Shown piece after piece: positions 12,926-23,989 of a DNA stretch of 64,000 bases. Source of the DNA: Vitrella brassicaformis CCMP3155 (taxonomy: Eukaryota > Protista > Chromerida); assembly GCA_001179505.1 (NCBI GenBank), contig CDMY01000666.1, positions 124,001 to 188,000 on the forward strand, in the 5' to 3' direction. Within the stretch, counting starts at the first letter, position 1. The number at the start of each line of letters is the position of its first letter. The notes below the pieces were generated by a model, which saw only the letters and a list, made by a program, of their open reading frames with translations, ran no database searches and was not told the origin of the DNA. Both the position numbers and the translations under genes were made by a program.

Positions 12926-14375
12926 TTAACCGCAGGATCGTTCGACGCGGACACGGAATGAGGACGGCCTGGGAACCGGCCAGTGGGGGAACACGTCTCG
13001 GAGGAAGTTGAGACATGCGTTTCGTCTCGCTGCGCTGTTCTTCAGTAGAAGGGATTCCCTGCCCTGCGGACCAGCCAGGATGGATACATCTTCAACGATC
13101 ACACCTGAACACACCATGAGAGAGATGCCATTCATGGATGCAACAAGGAAGGGGCCGTCTGTTGCCGTGTCTCACTCACATGCCTCCTGTTCGTCACCGC
13201 CCAGGTGCGCAGCAAGCCAGTTGATGCACATATCTTCACAATTACGTTCGCGACTCATAAGACTAACCACCGGCCTGCGTATTCGAATGGTGGTGAGGGA
13301 GAGGGACAAGTGGATAGAGAAATAGGGAGAGGGACAGGTGGAGAGGGATCCATCCAATGGCCTGCCCTCCCTTGGTGCCTGCCCTTGTGGTCGCGCTCAC
13401 TGAGGGATGAACTCCATGTATTTCTCGAGCACCGCTGTCGACATAAGAGCCGCGCTTGTGAAGGCAAGGTTATCGTCTTTCCTCGAGTAGGAGTAGAACA
13501 GCGCCTGTGAGCCTTCTTGGCATCGATAAATCGACCGCCGATGGGACAAGCCACTAACCACTCGTCTTGGGAACAGTCGCCCTGCCAGCAGGAGCTTATG
13601 GATATCATCTTGCCAGAGGAAGAGAACAAGAGAGTGGTGCATTTAGACAGCCCTTGTCATCCCATCTTTCTTGCCTACCGCAGCCAACAGACCTGTCGTC
13701 ATCCAGCACAAGTGTGAATGGGCTGTCGATGTACTCGGCAACATAGAACCTCTCGCCCAGCCCCCTCTCGCCCGGAAGGACTCGGGCTTTGGTCGAGTTG
13801 GCCTTCATAAGCTGCTCTTCCAGCGCCGCTCGGAAGTCGTCAATAGACTGGTCAGCGGGCACCCATGTGTCAAATACGATCTCTTTGATGTAGATGCACT
13901 GCTCGAGGGGTGTGAGGAAATGCTTGACCCTGTGTTTTGCCCTGAAGGGCCCCATTGTTATCGCTGCAGTCACCGAGCCCTGCATGGAAGAGAACAAAAA
14001 TCGTCGCTTCGTAGCAGTGAACGGCTGACTGGTCTGACGATGTACCTGCAGGTTTTCTGATGCAGCGTCTTCTTTCTTCAGGCTCAACGTTGTTTGGCGT
14101 CTGAATGTTGTCCTCCGTTGGAGAGACGACCGTGGGCTGCAGGGCCCAGAAGCGGGCTTCCACTGGTCGAGTGTTGCATTTTGCAGTGCAGCGTAGTCGT
14201 ATCCTCCTTGTTGGTCCATCGCTTCAACTTCGTGTTTGGGTGGCAGTGTTGTTTCTGATAGGAATCTTGCTCGTGCTGTTGTTGCCGTTGACTTGACATG
14301 TGTTCTGAGGTAGTCTACGAGCAACAGCGTGACGACGACTCCCGCCAGAAGCGCCACTGCAACGTGTTTCGTCAT
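12926..14375 (-). CDS. Glycosyltransferase family 64 (EXTL2/exostosin C-domain-like), copy A
   Basis: Type II anchor MTKHVAVALLAGVVVTLLLV; ERFYVAEYIDSPFTLVLDDD (DxD motif); RNCEDMCINWLAAHL (GT64 NCEDI.MN motif); RRNACLNFLRDVFPHWP (GT64 R..CLN.F motif). Confidence 0.85.
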
Positions 14376-14495
14376 CCCGGTGCAGACATCCGTTGAGGAA
14401 TGAGATGAATGTGCTTAGCCTACGGCCCCACCCATTCCGCGATCCGATCGCGCGGGCCCCACAAAACGGTGCTGCTCTCCCCCTCTCTCCCGGCG
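14376..14495. promoter_or_regulatory. Probable bidirectional promoter between the GT64 paralogs
   Basis: Only 120 bp separate the divergent ATGs at 14375 (-) and 14496 (+). Confidence 0.5.
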
Positions 14496-15901
14496 ATGCT
14501 CAGTTGCGGGAAACTTGCTGCTGTTGCGCTTTTGGTTCAGATTATCGCGCTTTCTGTGGTACCGTGTGTTGTGCTCGTGCGGCACGTTGGCCTTCTCCGG
14601 GATCTTACGAAGGCAGCAGCATCGGCAGCCACAGAAAATATGGCTGCTGTCGAGGGATACGATTACTCGTCGCTGGAGGGCTCATCGCTGGAGCAGTGGA
14701 TCCCTCAGTCCAGCAGCCATTGGCAATGTACTCGAGCGGTGTCCCTGAGGAGGAGGGACAGATTCACCCGGCCAAGCACGCTCACTCTGAACAAGGACGA
14801 CACTCCAATCAGTGACCTTCAGGTGCGTGACAAGAATGCGTGAGACGATCCTGAAGTCGATTCCTCCACGTTTCATGATTTCCAATCCTTCCCTTCGCGC
14901 AGGGCTCGGTGACTGTTGCGGTTCGGCTGGGGCCCTTCAGAGCAGAATACTGGGGCAAGCATTTCCTCACACCCCTCGAGCAGTGCATCTACATCAAAGA
15001 GATCGTATTTGACACATGGGTGCCCGCTGACCAGTCTATTGTTGACTTCCGAGCGGCGTTAGGAGAGCAGCTTATGAAGGCCAACTCGACCAAAGCCCGA
15101 GTCCTTCCGGGCGAGAGGGGGCTGGGCGAGAGGTTTTATGTCGCCGAGTACGTCGACAGCCCATTCACACTTGTGCTGGATGATGATAGAAGCATGAAAT
15201 GCGGTTAGGTGGCCAAGCAGACGCACAAGCAATGTACTTGTGTTTTCATTCATTTTTCATTATCAGCTGAGATCCACAAGCTCCTGCTGGCGGGGAGGCT
15301 GTTCCCAAGACGAGTAGTCAGCGGGCTCGATCACCGCCGTTCCATTTATAAGTGCGGCAGCTCAGACGCCCTCTTTTACTCGTATTCACGGAACGACGAC
15401 AATCTTGCCCTCACCTGCGGCGCTCTTCTGTCGACATCGCTCCTTCAGTCGTACACACAGATCATCCCTAAGTGAGCGAAAACACAACACATCGTCGCAC
15501 ACACACAACACGTCCTTCTGGAAGAATGAATGTCTCCCCCTCCCTGTCTCTCCCTGTGCCTTGATACACGCAGGCCGGTCGTTGGTCTCATAAACAGAGA
15601 AAAGAACTGCGAAGACATGACTATCAACTGGCTGGCGGCTCATCTCAATGGCGACGAACAGGAATCATGTTAGTGAGACACAACAGCAGACATGGCCGCC
15701 CTCGTGTTGTGTCTCTCATGGTGTGTGTCTCCAGGTGTGATCGTTGAGGATGCATCCGCACTTGTCGGCCCGCAAGGCAGCGAATCCCTGTCGAGAACAA
15801 ACACCGAGGCGAGACGCGATGCATGTGTCAACTTCCTCCGAGATGTCTTCCCATACTGGCCGGTACCCAGGCCGTCCTCCTTCCGTGTCCGCATCCACTG
15901 A
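14496..15901 (+). CDS. Glycosyltransferase family 64, copy B (inverted paralog)
   Basis: Anchor MLSCGKLAAVALLVQIIALSVVPCVVLV; FTLVLDDD; KNCEDMTINWLAAHL; RRDACVNFLRDVFPYWP. Exon organisation parallels copy A. Confidence 0.85.
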
Positions 15902-16745
15902 TGCGGTTATTGATGGGTGACTGACGTGCAGTGTATGCACGTAGATGTGTCTTGTCCATGACGGGAGAGGAGAGGATGGTTGGTAGGTGCTTGTTGGAGG
16001 TAGGCTAGGTGGAGACCTGATGGATGACGATCGTCTCCTGTCTGCGTATCAATATTGGATAATGTGGATGAGTGTGTAGATGTGTCAATCGGCCGGTCCA
16101 TTCGTATATATGCGGACGTGTACGTGTGCGCGCATGCATTAATGGCCGTTTTCCCTGTTGATCGAGTTTGTGGCTGTCTGTGATCATGTGTATACGTATG
16201 TGTTGGACACTCAATTGTGTGTGTGCACCACCTTCTCTTCAAGTGCACATTCGTTGACGATGAATGAGCTGGACCTTGTGCACCGAGAGCGCTCGTCCCC
16301 TCACACACTGCATTTTTCACGCATGGTGATGAATAGTCCCCCCCACACCACACCACACCACACCAGACCACACGCAACCACACCACGCACCATCAGCTGT
16401 CCGGCACACACAGGTAGATTCCTTACCCACTTCGTTAAGCACTAGAGTGTCAAAAGACTGCGTGTGCCCATCCGTCCATCCACACACGCACACGCACACG
16501 CACTCACCGCCGCGACCGTCGGGAGAATGCAGATAACAGATTGAGCGCTGCCCGCTCGGCCGCACTCATGCACGCAGAAGCGGCCAGCTCTGTCTGCACG
16601 CACCAAGCAGTCAGCCCTCCCTCGTGTGTGTGTCTGTTAGTCAACCATCCAACTTACGCACACATGCAAAACGTGCATTGAAAGCTGTGCACCCACCCCT
16701 CCCTCCCTCCCTCCCCTCGCTCCCTCCCTCCGTATTTCTGTCTGT

Positions 16746-19265
16746 CTATCGCAGGCCGAGGGGCACAAATGTGGTGCCGTTAAGGTAGCCCACTTCCCGC
16801 CAGAGGAACGACAGGTCGTCCATTGACGACGCCCCACTGCTCGTCGGCAGCCCATGTGTGGCTGACTCCTCCCTCCTGGCCTTCTCTACTATCTCGCGCA
16901 ACCCCACACGCCGCCCGCCCTCACTGCCGATGGCAAAACACCGGCAGCGGGGCAGCGCCTCCCCCATCCCCAGCACCTCCCCGCCCGCCACGCCCTCAAA
17001 ACCGCCCACCACCGACCGCAGAAACAGGTCGAGGCATGCATTCATACGGCGGCCGAACTGGGTGTTGGTGGCAAATCGCATGTGTGGGGCTGGGGGGACA
17101 AACAGGAAGCGGCGCAAGAGAGGCAGCACGCTATCCTCTAGCACAGCGGGGTGGCGGAAGAGGCCTGACTGGTACACGAGAGCAATATCGCACAGGGCAG
17201 CATTGATAACACCCACAATGCGGTCAGGCAGCCCCCGCAGATACACGCCATACATGGAGGCTACCGTATGTTTGCCCTCCCTATCCTTGTTGTTCCGCCG
17301 GTGCGTGAGCGTGTGCAGGCCTTTCGATGGGTCGATGCCCAGATGCAGCGCCTCCGCAAGGCCCGCAATCCGATGGCTATCATCCAAATCGCACGCGAAT
17401 CGCGAATCCCCCTTGGGTCGGGCGAAGTACTGCACACACGAGGCACAGATACGAAGAAACAGGCACAGCCGTCACTCCCAGGCGCCACTGCCGCTATCCC
17501 ATTCACTCCACCCCTACTTACCACACGGACGTCGTAGCCTTCACGGATGAGTTCTCGAAGCACGTCGACGGACCCGACCTCCATCGCAGCACACCACCAC
17601 TCGTGCAGGCGGCGCTGCTTGGCAGTGCTCGCATCCAGCAACGGCTCCTGGACCTGCAAACACACACATACACACACAGATGGATGGATGGATGAATGGA
17701 CAGATGAGTTCCATTGGATGTACCCGCCCCTCCCTCGCGTGTGTGTGGGGTGGTGTGCGCACCTCTAGTAGCTTGCGGGCGCCCCCATCCATCATGCAGC
17801 GGAACGCCAAAACGCAGCCCTTGGTCTTGACTATCCCCTGACGCACCTGCACACACACACACACACACTCTCTCTCTCTCTCTTTCACATGAATGCATTG
17901 GCGCAGCCCCACACGCTGGTTCCATCATAACGTGCATATGTCACCTGCTCTACTGAGCCGACCCAGCTATCGAGCTCCGTCGTCAACTCCACCACCAGGC
18001 CGCTAAAGGCCCTCGATGTGTCGATATCGATATCGCTGTGGCAGCCCAACGAGGCCATGAGGGCGTCGGCCGCAGTTTCCTTCCACCCGCACCACAGTGA
18101 GCGCATGTGCCCCATCACTGACAGGGCCAGCTCTCGGTCCACACGCCTCAAAGCGGTGGCCAGTGCGTGCTTGAGGCAGGCCACCACCAGCTCCCTCCTG
18201 TGGCCCACGTCATCCGCCCCGGTCATGACGTAAGACCTCCTCCGCAGCATCACGTCCATGACGCGCGCAGCCCCACTCGGCTGCTCGGCTGCGAACTCGA
18301 TGACCGACACCTCGGGCCGATTGGGATTGGCCTCCGCGTATGGCTCCGCGCCCTCCTTCATCAGCCGAGAGATGACGGCCGCGTCAGGGTGCTCCTTGGT
18401 GATTTCCTCGGCTAGCCGGTGCGTCTCGTTGGGCCTCTGGGGTGTCGGGCGAGGGGGCCCGTGTGGGCCGTACACTATATGTGGACGGGCCGGCCTGGGA
18501 GGCTCGCGGGGAAGAGCTGCATGACAAGACAAGACACGCCATCAGACACAATGAGATGAGATCCTCGTTCGCAAGGGTGCGGTGCTCATATCGGTGGTGT
18601 TGTGTGTTCTCACCTTCCGCGTTGGGTGCTGTGAGGGAGGATGACCGTGCGACAGATCCCATCCTCCATGACTTGCGCATGCGGGACCGAAATATGCGCC
18701 CTCGCGTCGCCCCGTAGAGTGACATCTCATCGTCGGATATGTCACTGGGGGGCGAGCGATTCAGTAACGACGCCTTAGGGTGGTCGTTGCCCGACGGAGG
18801 CCTGGGCTCGGGCGTACGGGACCTTACAGCGGCGGTCTTGGCGTCCCCTGACACGAAGACCATCAGCACAACACACGATGGTGCGCTGCCCCTTTCTGTC
18901 TCCCCATTTCCTGTTCCCTCTGACCTGAAACCACGCTAGATCTCCTGAGGTCGATGGGCATCTCACAGGCAGGGCAGCGCTCCTGTCCCTCTGCCGATGG
19001 CTCCCCTCTCGGGAAGCGCGGCACTGCAGCCAACCGCATCCTGTTGAAACACTCTGGAAACACCACCCACACCAGACCAGATAGAGGGCCAACACCGCAA
19101 ACAACCATTTCTGAATACCAGGTGCTGCTGAGTGTGCGGCGGCTGACCTTCACACAGGCAAACGTGGCGGCAGGGATACAGTAAAACCACTGGAGGTCTG
19201 GGGCACCGCATGCACGTCCTCGGCGAGGAAAACTTGAGCTCCCGAAGACTTTTCGACCCCATCAT
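16746..19265 (-). CDS. RING-HC finger plus ankyrin-like helical-repeat protein (putative E3 ligase)
   Basis: Splicing gives CMRCPRPPVVLLYPCRHVCLCE|ECFNRMR...RCPACEMPID (C3HC4 RING). Downstream ankyrin-like segments (ISRLMKEGAEPY; GSVDVLRELIREGYDV) and a C-terminal block FRHPAVLEDSVLPLLRRFL...RVGLREIVEKARREE. The 5' end is uncertain. Confidence 0.7.
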
Positions 19266-19660
19266 CAGAAAGAGGACGTCGTTTGCTAAAAAAAGCAAAG
19301 CAATGTCTGTCGTTCACGCGGCAGCGGCTTCAGGGAGCACCCTAGGCGGCCTGACGGCCAAGTCCCCCCTCGACTCTCTTCCACTTTAGCTCGCGCTTCT
19401 GCGAGCTTGAACGGCTCCAGAGGAAAGATTCGTAGAGCACACATCAGCGGGAAGGCATCAAGAAAGCACGCAAGGTACGCGAAGGCATCAAGAGAGCACA
19501 GCCTGTCTTGGGCCTGTCTCAATGCAACGTCGATGCTGTCTGTGTGTGGTGTGTGGTCAGTGAGCATCAAGTGTACCGTCAAGAGCTGGCGAGTCTGGAG
19601 GCCCACAGGAGAGCCGAGGGATGCTCTGCCCCTCAACGGCGCTCCCGCACTGTCCCGCTG

Positions 19661-22600
19661 ATGTCGCCGTCAGCCCCCCAGACACTGCCCCTCCCCCTCC
19701 CCCTCTCTCTTGTGCTGCTGCTGCTGTGCTTGCTGAGTGCGGTGGCACAGCCGCTGGCCGAGTCGGGCGACTCCGAGGAGGCAGCAGGCATCGAGAGCTA
19801 TGACGTCCCGGTGCGGCTGAGCTACAGGGTCGACAAGTTCTATGGCATCGACCACACGGCGCCCAACCCCTCGGCACGCACATCGCTCTTCCGGCTGGAC
19901 CTCTCGGTGATCCTCCACTGGTCAGACCAGTACATCTCCCACCTCTACGACTCCTCTACCGGCACACGGCAGCCTGCCAACCCCACTGAGACCCTGCTTG
20001 ACGACGTCGGGCGGTCGTCAGGGGGCGGGGCGGCTGAGCAAGCCGAGGCCAATGCGTCGTCGGGTGCGGCCGGCGCCAGTTCGGCGTCGGGCAACCTCGA
20101 GTCGTCTGAGTATGCGTCTGAGGAGGACTACGGCACCTCGATCGACGAGGAGACGCCCAAACCGGACCAGGGCGGTGAGAAACCCAAAAAGCAAAACCTG
20201 AGGAGTGGTCAGAAGGAGGGAGACCATGAGGCCGCGGGGGCGGCGGGTGGCGGGAGCAATACCACTGCGAGCGTCAACTCGACGGAGAGGAACGGTGTGA
20301 CGTTTCTGTCGCCCAAGGACGTGTGGGACTTCCTGCAGAAGGGTCTGATCTGGGTGCCTGAGGTGCGCTTCGTGGGCGGGGCGGTGACGAGCTCTCCCGT
20401 GTACAACGCCACGGCCATCACGCGGAACGGTGACGTCTTTGCGCTGTACAAGTTCAACAACGTCGAGACCACAACGCTGCTGTCGTCGCTCAACTACCCC
20501 TTCGACACCCAGACCCTCAAGCTCAAGTTTGTCGTCACCGACCCGCTGCCCAACCTCCAATACGAGTACCTGCACAAGATACACAGCGACCCCCTCACCA
20601 TGGAGGCACGTCAGGAGGGGCACTCCTTCCCACCTGGGCCGCAGGGACCCGGCGCACAGCAGCAATTCGGCACTGGCGCCAACAACGCCCCCGCCGTGAG
20701 AACGGAGGAAGACGGCCAGTCGACGCCCGTCTTTGCGGTGCAGAAGCGTCGCGTCATCCGTCTGGAGATCGTCAACTCGCTGTCGGAGCTCTTCTCCCAC
20801 CTGCACCTCAAGCACCTCACCGGCCCCATCGACGACGTCCTGCTGCCGGGCGACCTGCCTGGGTGGGGCAACGACTACCTGAGGGGCCAGGGGGTGGAGA
20901 CGAGCGACCCGCGGCCCCACGCCATGATCCCCGACGAGTGGCTGGTGCAGGACGTGTCGGCCCGGCTGAGCACCATGAAGGGCGCCAACTCGGTGTGGAC
21001 CACACTCATGCCCAGCCCCCTGCTCGAGGAGGTCCTCAAGATGTCCAGAGGGGGCGTGCTGGCCGGTGTCCCGCCCCCCGCCACGCCCTCTGAGATCTGC
21101 TACATCCCCCCAGAGGCCGACCGACCCATCAGCGGCGTCACGCTCGGTGCGAGGAGTGACGGCGATGCCGACGAGGGCGCCACCAAGAGCAAAGCCACCC
21201 ACCCTCCCTGCGGTGCGGTGGAGCTTCGTGTGGTGGTGAAGCGTCACCTGCTGCTGATCATCCACCGGCTGATCCTGCCTCTGGTGTTCCTGACGCTGCT
21301 CAGCTGGGGTGGTTTCTGGCTGGGCCCGTCTGTGTACGCCAAGGAGGGGCAGTGGGCGGGGCGTCTGGCGATCCCGGTGTTCGCATTTTTCCTGATGCTG
21401 ATCTTCCAGAACTACATCATGTCGCCCCCGCAGATCCCCGCCGGCGTGCTGACGCGGGAGACCTGGCTGCACACCTTCATGATCTTCACCCTCTACTACT
21501 GCCTCATGGCCGTCCTGCAGACCGTCCTGGCGTACATTCTCACCGAGAAGGTGTCGGCCATCGTCGGCGGATGGCTCGACCGCCTCTCGCGGCTCGTCTT
21601 CCCACTCGTCTATGTGCTCTTTCTGGCGCTCTCATTCGCCCTCACCAACCACCCGCAGATCCTCGCCCTGGTGCTGCACATCGCCTTCGGCATCATGCTG
21701 CTGTCGCTGCTGGGGACGTCGCTCTACTGGGCGGCGCTGTTCAAGCGGACGGCGCTGCGGCACCTGGTGGACCTGGCGGTGAACGACAAGATGATGTGCC
21801 GGCCGGAGGTGTGCGGGGACGTGCAGGAAGCCCGGAAACTGTTTCGATACCTCGACCCTGCCGGGAGATTCATGTATGGGGAGAGGGGGGGTGGCTGAGG
21901 GACGCTGCACATATGTATGGCGGGTGACGTGATGTTGTTGTTTCAGATTGTCGCCGCATGACATTGTGGATGTGTTGCGATATGGCGGCGTGGATCTGTC
22001 TGAGCGTGAGCTGGAGCTGCTCGAGGATCGACTCAGGGACATCTGTGGGGACTACATCAGCTACATCGAGCTATACAGACACGCGCCGGTAGGCGACACA
22101 CACACACAACACACGACACCAAGCACAATGGTCATGGGTGTCTATGTCTGTCGTCTCTCTCTCCCCCTTTCAGGTCATATTCGGTTCTGGTCTTCGTGAG
22201 GCGGCCAAGCGTGATGTCACCTCCTCCCGCCCCGCCCGCAACGTCACGTCCGTCCGCGGCCGGCGCCGCCGCAACAACAACTCGTCGAGCGGCAACGACC
22301 AGCTCGACTACCCCCAGAAGCAGGCCAGCAAGTCGCAAGCCGCCGTCCACGGCGCCGACTTCATCGACGCCACGGCGAACCTCTCGGCCGACCTCACGCG
22401 GGGCTTCCGGTCGTCCCTGAGCAAGCTCTCACCCAACCGGCCGCCCGCGTCGCCCCTGCCCGGTGCCAAGGGCACTGGTCTGGGCGGCCGGCCGCGAGAC
22501 CGTGAGCTGATGGAGACGGTGGTGCATCCCTCGCCCTCGCCCACCCAGGGGCAGCGTCAGGGCCGGGACGAGTCGAGTCCCCGTGCGGTGGCGTCTCAGT

Positions 22601-23988
22601 CGCCCTCACAGCAGTCGTCATGGACCTCCCGCGGGACGGCGTCTCCCGTGACCGACGGCCGGTCCATGGAGCAGAAGGAGCGCACCGGCGGTTTTGAGCG
22701 GCCCGGGTGGCGCGCTGACGAGGTGTGCGAGGGCAGCCCCAGCTCCCTCGCCATGAGCTCCCCCTACAGCGGGCAAAACGAGGCCATGGCCGCCAACCAG
22801 CACCAGACCGGCGGGAACGGCACTGGCTCCAACTCGTCCGTGACCTTCTCAGTGACGCCGTCGGTCGAGTCGTCGACATTCATGCTGTCGTGCTCGACAC
22901 CTGGATCGCACCCCGTGTCGCCCGGCCACTCCCCGCCGCACTCGCCCACATCCACACCGTGGATGGCCACTCCGCGGACAGCACAGCAGCAGCCGCAGCA
23001 GGCAGGAGCAGACAAGGGCGGGGCGTCCGCTAACGACTGGCAGAGCCGCCAACAAGCCAGCCAGGCGGTCGGCACCAGCGCCCCTGTGGTCGCCCATGTG
23101 CCCCGCGAGGAGACGCCCTCGTCATATTCGTCGTTCGGTTCGCTGAGCCGTTGTCGGCAGCGGGACCCCAACTCGTCTCCCCTGGTCGGCCCCCATCGGC
23201 TGGTCGAGCGCCGCCCCACTGTGGCGATGGAAAGTGCGCTGCAGTGGGCTGCAAAAGAGCGCCAGACCGCCAGTGGGACCGGCGAGGGCGGAGGCGGACG
23301 GGAGGGCCAACACGGAGAGTCTCTGTCGCCGTGCTTCCGGCCCCGTGAGCGACATCCCGAGCGGACCGAGCTGGTGCGTCAGCGGCTGTCCTTGCCCGTG
23401 GACATGCTCATGCGCAAGTCACTCAACGAGTACGCCGCCGAGCTGGAGCAGCGCGACCACATCGCCGATGGCGACGATGTGGGCAGCCCCCTGCTGCGCG
23501 ATGGCAGCCGCACCCTCTCCGCCGACCGCCATGGCTCCTCGAGTGCGGCCAACCGGTCTCACTCGACCCCTCGGACAGCCATGACATCTCTTGCCATGCG
23601 CAAGCGCGGCCTGTCCATCAACATCGAGACACCTCCCGACCCGCCGCCCACGTCACTCACCAGTCCTCGTCGGAAAGGCAAGAGGGGGCGAATCGGATGG
23701 CTCCTTGATGGCGAGCAGGGCGGCGAGGGGGGCGGCGCTGACATGGACGAGGGCAACGGCGTTATGCGGCTCCGTGCGAGCGTGAGTGGTGCGCGTGGCG
23801 ATCGCACGCCGCCGTCACGTGTGGCCCAAGGAGAGGAGGGCACTGGGGGTGCGTCTGCTGGGAGCGCCCCGCAGTCGCCGCATGGGCGCACCAAGGTGAC
23901 GCCTTATGAGGGGCCCGAGGGGTCGATGATGACGGCTGAACAGCTGTGGGGAGGGGAGATGGGCAGGGACGTCGTCACAGAGGTGTGA
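19661..23988 (+). CDS. Pentameric ligand-gated ion channel (Cys-less, GLIC/ELIC-type) with extra TM helix, EF-hand pair and long disordered tail
   Basis: Signal peptide; loop A IWVPEV; Pro-loop LNYPFDTQTLKLKF without Cys; pre-M1 VVVKR; M1 RLILPLVFLTLLSWGGFWL; M2 GRLAIPVFAFFLMLIFQ; M3 FMIFTLYYCLMAVLQTV; M4 WLDRLSRLVFPLVYVLF; extra helix ILALVLHIAFGIMLLSLLG. Two introns near 21875-21947 and 22089-22172 yield ARKLFRYLDPAGRFILSPHDIVDVLRYGGVDLSERELELL...GDYISYIEL, joined in frame to the 616-aa ORF ending 23988. Confidence 0.85.
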
Positions 23989-23989
23989 A

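Noticed and set aside
20018-21472. 484-aa antisense ORF over the pLGIC
   Set aside because: Shadow frame produced by the strong C/G third-position bias of the sense gene.
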